From an uncultured bacterium (lineage in GTDB: Bacteria; Oederibacteriota; PGYV01; CAWJRG01), in NCBI GenBank assembly GCA_963845185.1, contig CAWJRG010000001.1:32001-96000 (forward strand): 64,000 nucleotides of DNA, read 5' to 3'. Made by a program: the position numbers and the translations under genes. How positions within the stretch are numbered: position 1 is the first letter of the stretch; each line of letters begins with the position of its first letter. A model generated the notes under the pieces. The model made no database searches and was not told the origin of the DNA. It was given only the letters and a program-made list of their open reading frames with translations. Shown here in pieces: positions 1 through 9,260 of this stretch.

Positions 1-1421
1 AGGACCTCGCCCCTTGTGTCGTCTATTGCCGCGTTCGTCCTCGGATCCTCTTTTGCCAGGCCTTTATACACCTGGGCTGCCTGCTGGGAGGAAAGGTCAA
101 AACCCTCTTTCGCCTGCTGGTTTAAATGTTTGAAAGTGTATGTCCTTGCAGCGACTGCCTGAGCGCGAATGGCGTCAGGAGGCCAGGAAGAAATAATTTC
201 CGCAGGCACAACTCCGTACAAGTATTCCTCTACGTTTATAAGATTAATCAGCGCCAGCCCGTCTTTGGAATATTTTACAAGAAAATCGCCCCTGTATGTT
301 GTGTCCGTGCTTTCGGAAAAGAAAAAGCCCTCGCCGTACCTTACGTTATAAATATTTGTTGTGGCACTGTCTGATTTTCTTATAATGTAAATACTGCCCT
401 TAAATAAAATTTTATTTGTAATTTTATCGCCGGAGCTTTCACCGATAAACGCACTTTTTTTATCACTGCCGACTATGTATTCCTTTAATCCCTCCCCACT
501 AAATATTTCCTTGTTGTTCGAGTCGTATGCCGAAAATCCGCTGCCGCATTTAAAATAAATCTCTTTTACATCCTGAAGCAGGCCCACTTTTATTTCTTTC
601 AGGTTTTCCGAGCCGGAAACGCTTTCCTTGTCCGGAGGTATGTACGCTTCTCTGTCTATTTCCTTTTCTTTTTTATATTTGGATATTTTCCCGCGGATTG
701 CAGGGTACATCATGGCGTAGTTCTCCAGCTTGATGGCAAAAGACTTATTTTTGGTGTCTATATCCCCCATCAACGCCCAATACTTAAAAGCCATTACCGA
801 TTTTTTTTCTTTCTCATAAAGTACTGCTAGTTTTTTATATATTTCCACATAGGTCTTATCCCTGTCAAATGCAAACTTATAACTATCTATGGCGTTGTCC
901 AGGTCGCCTTTTTTCTCATAAGTTTCGGCGATTTTTAAATATATAATGTTTTTTCTGTCGTCGTATTTTGCCGCTTCCGCGTATTTGGCGAGTGCATCAT
1001 CGTACTCTCCTTTTTCCAGCAGGATATTCCCCCACCAGAAATACACTTCCCAGCTGGTGCTGTTTTTATCGGCCACCTGGCTTATCTCTTCTTCGGCATA
1101 ATTATACGCACCCAGAAAATAATACATCTTAGCCAGTTCAAAATGCGGTCTGAGCTCTTTGTCGCTGTAAAATACTATGTCCCTGTACACGTCAAACGCT
1201 TTCCTGTTTTCGCCGAATTCCTTGTAAACCGACGCAAGGTTGTAGTAATTTTCTATGTTGTTCCTGTCTTTCTCTATCTCTTTTTCATAATATTCCATGG
1301 ACTTTTTCATGTCATCGCCGTAATAAGGATTGGCGTTTTCAAAAAACAAAAAAGCGCGGATGTTTGAGGTTAAAATAAAAAGTAAAATGAAAAGCTGTAC
1401 TATCCTTGCGGCAGGAATCAT
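1..1421 (-). CDS. TPR-repeat + SpoIID/LytB-domain protein (3' end runs off the window)
   Basis: Not in the ORF track. Its ATG (cat at 1419-1421) overlaps the lptB stop (ATGA). Manual translation gives a signal-like N-terminus (MIPAARIVQLFILLFIL), TPR-like helices, then SpoIID motifs INLINVEEYLYGVVPAEI and AIRAQAVAARTY. Confidence 0.85.
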   Translation of the reverse strand, partial: MIPAARIVQLFILLFILTSNIRAFLFFENANPYYGDDMKKSMEYYEKEIEKDRNNIENYYNLASVYKEFGENRKAFDVYRDIVFYSDKELRPHFELAKMYYFLGAYNYAEEEISQVADKNSTSWEVYFWWGNILLEKGEYDDALAKYAEAAKYDDRKNIIYLKIAETYEKKGDLDNAIDSYKFAFDRDKTYVEIYKKLAVLYEKEKKSVMAFKYWALMGDIDTKNKSFAIKLENYAMMYPAIRGKISKYKKEKEIDREAYIPPDKESVSGSENLKEIKVGLLQDVKEIYFKCGSGFSAYDSNNKEIFSGEGLKEYIVGSDKKSAFIGESSGDKITNKILFKGSIYIIRKSDSATTNIYNVRYGEGFFFSESTDTTYRGDFLVKYSKDGLALINLINVEEYLYGVVPAEIISSWPPDAIRAQAVAARTYTFKHLNQQAKEGFDLSSQQAAQVYKGLAKEDPRTNAAIDDTRGEV

Positions 1422-2152
1422 AAGGTGAATTTCTCTCCCAGGTATATTTCGCGGGCTTTTTTATCGTTAATGAGTTTTTTTGCAGAACCCGAAAGCAGCA
1501 CTTTTCCCTCATAAAGTATATATGCCCTGTCGGTTATCGAAAGGGTTTCCCTTACGTTATGGTCGGTAATCAGCACGCCTATGCCTTTTTTTTTCAATCC
1601 TTTGATGATATTTTGAATGTCAAAAACAGCAATCGGGTCTATTCCAACAAACGGCTCGTCAAGCAGGATGAAATGTGGCGAAAGCACCAGCGAGCGCGCT
1701 ATTTCCACCCGCCTTCTTTCCCCGCCTGATAAAGTGTAAGCCTTTTGTTTAGCGAGATGCGATATCTTAAACTCCTCCAACAGGTGGCCCATCCTTTTCT
1801 CCCTTTCTTTATCCGGCAAGTCCATGAACTCAAGCACCGACATTATGTTTTCCTCCACCGTGAGCCGTCTGAAAATGGAAGGTTCCTGTGACAGGTAGCT
1901 TATGCCCATAAGCGCCCTTTTATACATAGGCATATTGATTATATCCAAATGCTGTTTGCCGTCGTCTATAAAAATATTTCCAGCGTTGGGTTGTATTACC
2001 CCGAGTATCATGTAAAAAGTGGTTGTTTTCCCCGCGCCGTTTGGCCCAAGCAACCCCACTATCTCGCTTTCTTTCACTTCTATATTTACGTCATTTACAA
2101 CTCTTTTCTTGTTGTATATTTTAACGAGGTGATTTGTTCTTAGCCGTCTCAC
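1418..2152 (-). CDS. lptB: LPS export ABC transporter ATP-binding protein
   Basis: Walker A GPNGAGKTT, LSGGERRRVEIAR, LLDEPF, ITDHNVRETL and YLGE motifs; located in a kdsD-kdsC-lptC context. Confidence 0.95.
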   Translation of the reverse strand: MRRLRTNHLVKIYNKKRVVNDVNIEVKESEIVGLLGPNGAGKTTTFYMILGVIQPNAGNIFIDDGKQHLDIINMPMYKRALMGISYLSQEPSIFRRLTVEENIMSVLEFMDLPDKEREKRMGHLLEEFKISHLAKQKAYTLSGGERRRVEIARSLVLSPHFILLDEPFVGIDPIAVFDIQNIIKGLKKKGIGVLITDHNVRETLSITDRAYILYEGKVLLSGSAKKLINDKKAREIYLGEKFTL

Positions 2153-3032
2153 TTTCTACCTCCTTCTGCGTATTTTCAAATTCAGCATAAAAAAGTTTCG
2201 ACCATATATTGCTTTTTAAGCGTATTGATTTTTTTTCCACATCCAGGACAATTATGTCCGCAAGGAACGAACTGCTTTTTTTCCTGACAAAAGGCTTGCC
2301 CTTCATGTAAACTTTATTTTCTTTCTCATTGTAAACCACTTTATCAGCAAATGCCAGAACATCTTTCATTTCCATCTTTACTTTTTTTGTGTTTTTATCG
2401 GCAGTAACTATATTATTGACCGTGTCAAACTGGATTTGGTCGGCGTAAATTGTCAGGGTATTGCCGTCCTCAAGTTTCTTTTCGGCTACGACATTGTCAT
2501 AACCGGTTATCACGTTCATATTGTCCGTATATTTCAGCTTGTCGCATTTCATCCTGACATTTGCTTTTTTATATGTAACCCTGATGTTGCCCTCGGCGTC
2601 CGCGTCTTTCTGGTAATTCTTAGCGCTCAGCGTGTCGCAGTGCATTATAATGTCGCTTGTTACCGCTACTACATGGCCTTTGAATACTGCAGTTTCATCC
2701 TGTTTGTTGTAAGTAAGATTATCCGACGATATGTCTATTTGCCTTATCTTGTTAGCCTGCACCGGCTGGCTTTTCACAGTCGTCGCTGCCGGTGTCGGAG
2801 TCGCTGCTTTCTCCTGCTGCAATATCACTGCTTTCACTGCGGTTTTTTCTATGCCGAATACGGAGGGCGTCGGTGTTTCCGCCTCCTCAAAACCCTGCTG
2901 GCTTATCGCGCCTATCGGCTTTGAAAAACTTTTCAAATACATCTGCTTGTATTTCTGGTCGTCCACATGGTAGCATCCTGCGGCCAGAACCAGGGCAACC
3001 GCCGGAAACAGCAGTTTAAAAAATCTTACCAC
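2121..3032 (-). CDS. lptA: LptA/OstA-like protein, probable lipoprotein
   Basis: Lies between lptC and lptB. OstA-like strands (IDISSDNLTY, AVFKGHVV, ADKVVYNE); lipobox-like LAAGC. Confidence 0.75.
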   Translation of the reverse strand: MVRFFKLLFPAVALVLAAGCYHVDDQKYKQMYLKSFSKPIGAISQQGFEEAETPTPSVFGIEKTAVKAVILQQEKAATPTPAATTVKSQPVQANKIRQIDISSDNLTYNKQDETAVFKGHVVAVTSDIIMHCDTLSAKNYQKDADAEGNIRVTYKKANVRMKCDKLKYTDNMNVITGYDNVVAEKKLEDGNTLTIYADQIQFDTVNNIVTADKNTKKVKMEMKDVLAFADKVVYNEKENKVYMKGKPFVRKKSSSFLADIIVLDVEKKSIRLKSNIWSKLFYAEFENTQKEVESETAKNKSPR

Positions 3033-3612
3033 TTTTAAGGTTCCTTGCTTTTAACTTTACCTTGTTCTTAATCACGACGTTTTTCATCTGCACGTCAGAC
3101 TCAAAACCCACCCCATTTAACGTGCTGCCCTCCTTTATTATCGTCACCTCTTCGTCGCTGTACATTTTCTTGTGCGCGTCGTCCCAGAACAGTTTCTCGG
3201 TCTGCAGCGTTGCGCCGCTTGAATTCTGTAAGTGCACATTGCCCGTCATCTCCATGAAATTGGTATCCGTATCGAGCACTGCCTTGTCCGCAGTGAGCAG
3301 CGAATATTTCTTCGAATCCTCAAAATATTTTATCTCGACATTTTGCGCATAGGCCTTTTTCTTCATCTCAAAAATCTGCGTTGCCTTTGCGTTGAATATC
3401 CATTTAACCGCGCCTTTTTCCGTCGAAGTCAACTTGAAATTTTCCATGACAAAACTCGGTATATTCTCTACATTGCCTCCAACCGGCAGTTTGGGTTTAA
3501 ATCTTGTAGCTTCGTCGCAGCCTGCTAAAAAAAGCAGAACCGGCAGCGACATTAGAACAATTAGTTTTTGCATGTATGCCTCACAATTCGCTTGGTATTC
3601 TTCATTTTTCAT
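3016..3612 (-). CDS. lptC: LPS export protein LptC (true start may be MQKL at 3573)
   Basis: LTADKA, MTGNVHL, LQTEKLFWD and GVGFESD motifs; operon position. Confidence 0.85.
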   Translation of the reverse strand: MKNEEYQANCEAYMQKLIVLMSLPVLLFLAGCDEATRFKPKLPVGGNVENIPSFVMENFKLTSTEKGAVKWIFNAKATQIFEMKKKAYAQNVEIKYFEDSKKYSLLTADKAVLDTDTNFMEMTGNVHLQNSSGATLQTEKLFWDDAHKKMYSDEEVTIIKEGSTLNGVGFESDVQMKNVVIKNKVKLKARNLKSGKIF

Positions 3613-3613
3613 T

Positions 3614-4510
3614 TTAATTAATTGTGCTTTTCCATCTCTCGTGCACCCATACCCACTGGCTGGGATATTTAATTATCATTGCGCTTATGTCATTATTATA
3701 TCTTTCAACTAGTGCCTCTGTCGTTGAATTATCTTTAATATTATAGGGCTTGTTGATTATCAGTTTATAATAACCGTCGTCCCTTCGTATAATAAACAGC
3801 GTGCACAAAGCAATATTTAGCCTTTTAGCCAGCACCGCAGGCGCAGTAGGCGTCTTTGCCGGCTTTCCGAGAAAGGGCGATATTATACTTTCAACCCTTG
3901 TATCCTGGTCCACTAGGATGCCGAGCATAAGGCCGTTATTTTTAAGTTCCCTTATCATTTCCCTGGGGTTGGCATCCCTGTCGAAAACTTTAACGTTTGC
4001 CCTGTGCCTTGTGCCGTTCACAGCTTTGTCTATCCTATCGTCAAAAAGTTTTTTGGCAATAACTCCGACATTAATTCCGTGATACGCGGCGTAAATAGGT
4101 ATCAGCTCCCAGTTTGAAATATGGCATGTTACGCCTATCAGGCTTTTTTTTTCTTGTTTCAGCTTTTCAAAATACTCCCAGCCTTCCGTTTCCTTCACAA
4201 GCGACGCAATTTTTTTCACAGGCCATGTGGAAAATTTTACAAACTCAAAAAATCCTATCCCGTAATTTTTAAAATTCCCCTTCGCGCGATTTGTTTTTTC
4301 CTCAAATGCGAGCTTCCCGTCATATACAATATCCAGGTTTCTGTATATCTTCTCGCGTTCGCTCTTTACAAGGTAAAAGGCAGCAGTTCCAAGAGCAGCC
4401 CCGGTTTTCGCGCATAACTTCCACGGCATAAGGAAAACAATTCCCCGCAGGGCTTGTATTATAATATAAAATAAAAAATTCCTTGCCTTTTTAATCGTCC
4501 GGTTTTTCAT
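3614..4510 (-). CDS. Lipid A late acyltransferase (LpxL/HtrB family)
   Basis: HxxNWE motif, LVDQD, FLGKPAKTP and PSQWVWVHERWK. Confidence 0.9.
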   Translation of the reverse strand: MKNRTIKKARNFLFYIIIQALRGIVFLMPWKLCAKTGAALGTAAFYLVKSEREKIYRNLDIVYDGKLAFEEKTNRAKGNFKNYGIGFFEFVKFSTWPVKKIASLVKETEGWEYFEKLKQEKKSLIGVTCHISNWELIPIYAAYHGINVGVIAKKLFDDRIDKAVNGTRHRANVKVFDRDANPREMIRELKNNGLMLGILVDQDTRVESIISPFLGKPAKTPTAPAVLAKRLNIALCTLFIIRRDDGYYKLIINKPYNIKDNSTTEALVERYNNDISAMIIKYPSQWVWVHERWKSTIN

Positions 4511-5045
4511 ACCTCAAATACCTTTTCAATGCCCTGTCCCACAGCCCCTGCTTTTTAAGTACAAGTTCCATAACTTCTCTCACGCAGCCGTCCCCGCCGG
4601 CTTTTTCGCAGGTATAATCAGCCGCTTTTTTCACCTCGCGCACAGCGTCGTCCGGTGCTGCCGAAAATCCGCATTTTTCCATGATGGGTATATCTATTAC
4701 ATCGTCGCCCACAAAACATATATTTTCATCTTGCAATTTAAATTTATCCTTTATATCCTCGTATACCTTTATTTTCTCCATTGCATCCTGGTAAACAATG
4801 TCTATCATAAGTTCTTTTGCCCTTATGTCTATTACCTTCGAGTACCGGCCGCTTATTATCGCGAATTTAAGCCCTGCGTAATGGCCAAGCGTTATTCCCG
4901 TGCCGTCTTTTACCTGGAAGGTTTTATATTCGTTTCCGTCGCCGCCCAGTATAATCCCGCCGCCGGTCATGACACCGTCCACATCGAGGGCTATAAGTTT
5001 TATTTTTTTTATTTTATCAGAAACACTTTTCTTCAAATCAGACAA
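4491..5045 (-). CDS. kdsC: KDO 8-phosphate phosphatase
   Basis: HAD motifs DVDGVMT, VKDG and GDDVID, plus GGDGCVRE; next to kdsD. Confidence 0.92.
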   Translation of the reverse strand: MSDLKKSVSDKIKKIKLIALDVDGVMTGGGIILGGDGNEYKTFQVKDGTGITLGHYAGLKFAIISGRYSKVIDIRAKELMIDIVYQDAMEKIKVYEDIKDKFKLQDENICFVGDDVIDIPIMEKCGFSAAPDDAVREVKKAADYTCEKAGGDGCVREVMELVLKKQGLWDRALKRYLRYEKPDD

Positions 5046-6033
5046 CTCCTGATTTTAAAATATCATGCAGGTGAACTATGCCTTCCATCCCGCCTTTTTT
5101 GCCCGCGGCAAGCAGCACTGTTATTGAGTATTTTTCCATCACTTCAAGCGCTTGTATCACAAGTGTGTTTTTTGACGCTGTTCTTGGGTTTCTCGACATT
5201 ATGTATTTCATTTTTGTGGAAAACGGGTTTTCGGATTTTTCAAGAAGCCGGCGCAAATCGCCGTCGGTAAATATTCCCTTTATTTCCCCTTTTTTCCCCA
5301 ACACGGCTGTACAACCCAGCCTCTTATTTGTCATCTCAAGCAGGCCGCGTTTGAGCGTGGCATTTTCATCAACCGCTGGTATTTCCCTGCCGGTGTGCAT
5401 GATATCCTTAACTTTTAAAGTAAGCCTCTTGCCGAGAGCGCCTCCGGGATGCAGAAGTGCAAAATCCTTTTTATCAAATCCGCGTAGTTTCAATAGCGCC
5501 ACCGCAAGCGCGTCTCCTATGGCGAGCTGGACCGCGGTTGAAGCCGTAGGAGCGAGGTCCAGAGGGCACGCCTCCTGTTTTACCGAAGAATCAAGAACGC
5601 AGTCGCTGTTTTTGGCTAGTGTTGAATTTTTATTGCCTGTTATGGCTATTAGTGGGATTTTAAGCCGTCTTAAGGAAGGTATTATGCCTATTATTTCATC
5701 CGTCTCTCCGCTTTGCGATATTACAATGGCAACATCCCCTTTTGTCAGCACGCCTATGTCGCCGTGAGCAGCTTCTGCCGCATGCAGGGAAATCGCCGGC
5801 GTGCCGGTTGAGGAAAACGTTGCGGCAATTTTCTGTCCGGCCAGCCCGGATTTGCCCATGCCCGATATGATTATCTTGCCCCTGCAGTTGAAAATAACTT
5901 TTACCGCTTTTTCAAAATTGTTGTTTATTCTTTTTTTAACAGCCTCAATGGCGCTTGCCTCTATGGACAAAACACGCTTTATCTCCTGCCTTATATTCAT
6001 TTTACCGCGCCTTCTTTTTCCTCGAAATACCAT
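5038..6033 (-). CDS. kdsD: Arabinose-5-phosphate isomerase, SIS + CBS domains (start may be at 6000)
   Basis: GMGKSG, EAAHGDIG, SQSGET, EACPLDLAPTAST, HPGGALG and FTDGDLRR. Confidence 0.95.
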   Translation of the reverse strand: MVFRGKRRRGKMNIRQEIKRVLSIEASAIEAVKKRINNNFEKAVKVIFNCRGKIIISGMGKSGLAGQKIAATFSSTGTPAISLHAAEAAHGDIGVLTKGDVAIVISQSGETDEIIGIIPSLRRLKIPLIAITGNKNSTLAKNSDCVLDSSVKQEACPLDLAPTASTAVQLAIGDALAVALLKLRGFDKKDFALLHPGGALGKRLTLKVKDIMHTGREIPAVDENATLKRGLLEMTNKRLGCTAVLGKKGEIKGIFTDGDLRRLLEKSENPFSTKMKYIMSRNPRTASKNTLVIQALEVMEKYSITVLLAAGKKGGMEGIVHLHDILKSGVV

Positions 6034-6749
6034 ATTCTAGCGCAGTTCTCGCAGATATATATGTTGTTCTTTTTCTTGACTTCTATCACTGCCTGCGGCC
6101 TTACCCTGAATTTACACCCTCCGCATATGCCTTCGCCCCTTTCATCCGCGGTAACCGGTGCGAGCGCGAGGCCGTTCTTATTTCTTCTTATTTTTTCATA
6201 CCTTTCGTACCAGTTTCTGTCCACCTGCTTCGCGGCCTCATCACGTTTTATTTTTTCATTGCTTATCAGGGCTTCCCTGTCTTTTATTTCAGCCTCTATC
6301 TTTTTTATTTCGCTGTTTATTGCCTCTTCGTTTTTTTTCAGCAGTTGCTCCTGTTCTTTCAGGAATTTACTGATTTTGTCCTCTTCCTCCATTATCTTCA
6401 GTTCCTCTTCCTCGAGTTTGTATTTTTCCTCTTTATCCTTATTTATTTCATCCTGCAGGGTTTTGTACGCTTCGTTTGTTTTCACCTGGAAGAGTTGGTC
6501 GCTTCTCTTTTGCGAGTCATCGTCTTTTGCTTTTATTTCAAGTTCAATGGATGCTTTCTTTTTCCTTATTTCATCCAGCCGGCTTTTTTTCTTGGTGAAC
6601 TCAAGCCTGTCCGCCTCTATCTTAAGTTTGTATTCGGATATCTTTGATTTTGCCTCGGTATTTTTCAATTCAACTTCCTGTATTGCAGTATCTACCTTTT
6701 GAAGTGCTATCATCCTGTCGAGTATCTCTGCGTAATTTACATTCGCCAT
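5997..6749 (-). CDS. Coiled-coil protein with C-terminal C4 zinc ribbon (CT398/zf-RING_7-like)
   Basis: Long coiled coil followed by CGGC...CENCARI; AGGAGG RBS. Confidence 0.85.
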   Translation of the reverse strand: MANVNYAEILDRMIALQKVDTAIQEVELKNTEAKSKISEYKLKIEADRLEFTKKKSRLDEIRKKKASIELEIKAKDDDSQKRSDQLFQVKTNEAYKTLQDEINKDKEEKYKLEEEELKIMEEEDKISKFLKEQEQLLKKNEEAINSEIKKIEAEIKDREALISNEKIKRDEAAKQVDRNWYERYEKIRRNKNGLALAPVTADERGEGICGGCKFRVRPQAVIEVKKKNNIYICENCARIWYFEEKEGAVK

Positions 6750-6853
6750 GTATCGGAATCCTCCTTAAAATTGTATTAATTAACATTTTTTATTTTAACA
6801 TTTATTCATAATTAGTCAACAGCTTGAAACATCCTTAAAATAACGCCCTCAAG

Positions 6854-7672
6854 TTACGTCGCATATCCTTCGGTCGCGTATACATTCAGTTTACAATATT
6901 GCTTAAAACCAAGTTTTTTGTACATGCCCTCGCCGTGTTTGGTTGCGTGGAGTACAGCCAGTTTTCTGCCTTTTTTAACTGCAAAATCAAGCATTTTAAG
7001 CATCAATTCTCCGGCTATTCCCTTTCCCCTGTATTCCGGCAGGGTTGCCGCAAAATATATGCCGGCCGACTCAGAACCGAGATATAAAGCTCCGGTCGAG
7101 CACTGTACATTATTATATAATGCTGTAAACTTTATGAAATCCTTGTCTTTCCCTGCTTTTGCCGAGTCAGCCAATATTGAATATATTCCCTGCCTGTCGT
7201 CCTCGCCCCAGCCGTTAAACGACTTCACTATTATATCAATCCATTTTTTCAGCATTTCGTCATCTTTTGTATCCACTTGTTTTATTGTAAGTCCCTCCAA
7301 AGGGGCCTGTTTTTTTACAGGCTGCCCCATTTCAAGCGCCATGCCTGTCCATTGTTCCGTGAATTTAAGGCCGTGTTTCTCAAGGTAATCGCCAAGGTCG
7401 TAAGGTTTTGTCGAAGGCCCGCATATCCACTCCACAGGTACTCCCCATTCCCTGAACCTTTTCAGCGTATTGTATATTTTTGATTCAATGTCAGCCGCTT
7501 TAAACAGCGCTCCAAGAATCTGGTTCATGGTTTTCGTCGCCGTGTAAGACCATATTATGTCTTCGCCTTCGAAAAATTTTCCCCCATGGCCGCTTGCCCA
7601 TAAGGATGCTGCTTCAAACAGGTTGTTTTCTATCTCGTATATAATATTTTCTTTTGTTAATTTGGCCATCAA
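6854..7672 (-). CDS. GNAT family N-acetyltransferase
   Basis: TLPEYRGKGIAG acetyl-CoA motif and GMYKKLGF. Confidence 0.85.
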   Translation of the reverse strand: MMAKLTKENIIYEIENNLFEAASLWASGHGGKFFEGEDIIWSYTATKTMNQILGALFKAADIESKIYNTLKRFREWGVPVEWICGPSTKPYDLGDYLEKHGLKFTEQWTGMALEMGQPVKKQAPLEGLTIKQVDTKDDEMLKKWIDIIVKSFNGWGEDDRQGIYSILADSAKAGKDKDFIKFTALYNNVQCSTGALYLGSESAGIYFAATLPEYRGKGIAGELMLKMLDFAVKKGRKLAVLHATKHGEGMYKKLGFKQYCKLNVYATEGYAT

Positions 7673-7701
7673 TCAGGTTTCCTTTCAATAACATTATAAA
7701 G

Positions 7702-7729
7702 AAAAAGCGGGCGTAATAAACGCCCGCTC
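7702..7729 (-). terminator. Intrinsic terminator upstream of the GNAT gene
   Basis: Stem agcgggcgt/acgcccgct with a U-tract on the minus strand. Confidence 0.7.
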
Positions 7730-7843
7730 CTATAATATCGTTTGTTTTGTCAAGCTTCCCAGCGCAGACAAAACATTACGATATCTTGCACCAGTTCAAG
7801 TCCCGAACTTGTAAGAGTTAAATAGTCTGGTAGACTATTTAAC
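7726..7843 (-). ncRNA. Candidate structured RNA motif, copy A (family not recognised)
   Basis: Colinear with 24542-24631, with conserved loops and compensatory stems. Strand is inferred from the downstream genes. Confidence 0.55.
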
Positions 7844-7925
7844 GGATAGTTTCCATGAAATTATTATATAACATAAAACTACCCCATAGCGGTGCCATGA
7901 TATCGTTTCTTCTTGATTTAAAAAT

Positions 7926-9104
7926 CTACCAGCTGCACTCCACTGTTATTGTCCCGAACTTTTTTATGCCGTCAAACCCGCCTTTGATAAAAGAAAAGTT
8001 GGTCATGTATCTTATCTTCGCCCATTTAAAAAATTTTGTTTTCGGGTTTAACTTTGTCATAGGCCAGAAATATTTTATCGCGAACAAAATACCGAGCCCA
8101 AGAAGTATCAGCGTTCCCGGCGCTGCTGATAATATATGCGGTACACCGCCCTTAAAAAGATCAACTACCACTTTAATTATCGCAAGGACCGGGAAAAGTT
8201 GCATCAGGTGGAAATCACCGATATAAATAACGCCTTTCATAAAACCCGGCACAGGTACAGGTATTGAGATGCCCTTGAAATACTGTATGAATATTTCCAG
8301 CACGTTTTTTGCGTGCGTTTTTACGAGCAGCGGGTGCCCGAACCCATAACCCCAGAGCTGCTTGTAAAACTGCTGCGGCGTTGCCCTGTGCATGTGGTCA
8401 ACTATTGCTTTCGGGTCAAAAAACAGCTTATATCCCTTTTGCATTATCCGCAGGGAAAAGTCAACATCTTCGGCGGTTATTTCATCCCAGAACACCCTGC
8501 CTATTGCGTCAGCCGCTGCTTTTGAGACCGCAGCATTTGCCGTGGCAAAAAACGGGCATGACTGCGAGCCGTTTACTTCGCTCGGCAGTAATTTTACAGG
8601 AACGGGATAATAACCCCCGTCCTTTTTAGACACCCTGTCTCCTATCGAAAGGAATTTCACCTGCTCGCAGTATGATTCGGTGTCGTTATTCGGGTCTGTC
8701 CTTAAGGTAAATACTTCGCCTCCCACCATGCCTATTGATGAATCTTTTGAAAAAGGGTCGAGCATTCTGTCAATCCAGTCTTTGTGGGGTGCGCAGTCCG
8801 CGTCCGTAAAAAGTATATAATCGCCTTTCGCTATTTTTAAAGCCTCGTTTCTGGCGTGTCCCGGTGATTTCGAGTTCGGAACCTCCACCAGTTTGATAAA
8901 GCCGTATTGCTGTTTCCATTTATTTATGATCGCTATGGTCCCGTCCGTAGATCCTCCGTCCGCAAGCACAATTTCCATTTTATCGCGCGGGTAATCCACA
9001 TTTAAAAGATACTGCATGGTCGTGTCCATTGTCCTTTCCGCGTTGCGGACCGGGCAGATAATGCTTACAAAAGATTTTTCATCCATTTCTTTTCCTCCGA
9101 GCAA
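7926..9104 (-). CDS. Glycosyltransferase family 2 with C-terminal membrane segments (start probably 9086)
   Basis: VSIICPVRN, DGGSTDGT, ARNEAL, FTDADC and EDVDF. Confidence 0.9.
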   Translation of the reverse strand: MLGGKEMDEKSFVSIICPVRNAERTMDTTMQYLLNVDYPRDKMEIVLADGGSTDGTIAIINKWKQQYGFIKLVEVPNSKSPGHARNEALKIAKGDYILFTDADCAPHKDWIDRMLDPFSKDSSIGMVGGEVFTLRTDPNNDTESYCEQVKFLSIGDRVSKKDGGYYPVPVKLLPSEVNGSQSCPFFATANAAVSKAAADAIGRVFWDEITAEDVDFSLRIMQKGYKLFFDPKAIVDHMHRATPQQFYKQLWGYGFGHPLLVKTHAKNVLEIFIQYFKGISIPVPVPGFMKGVIYIGDFHLMQLFPVLAIIKVVVDLFKGGVPHILSAAPGTLILLGLGILFAIKYFWPMTKLNPKTKFFKWAKIRYMTNFSFIKGGFDGIKKFGTITVECSW

Positions 9105-9260
9105 AAGTTTATTTTAGCCAAAGTGTTGTTTTTTTCAAACACAGGCAATGATTATAAATAATAAAATTTTATTTTGCAAGGGTAATTTTTATTTTGTGCT
9201 TGCATGCATGAATGGATAACTTTTCTTATCACGTACAACCCCCACTTACCACTTTCCCGC

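Noticed and set aside
7726..7855. c-di-GMP-II riboswitch, or pistol/twister ribozyme
   Set aside because: Short words match (GGAAAC, GUGCAA, UUAAAUAG), but the required pseudoknot pairings and conserved cores are missing, and copy B lacks most of them.
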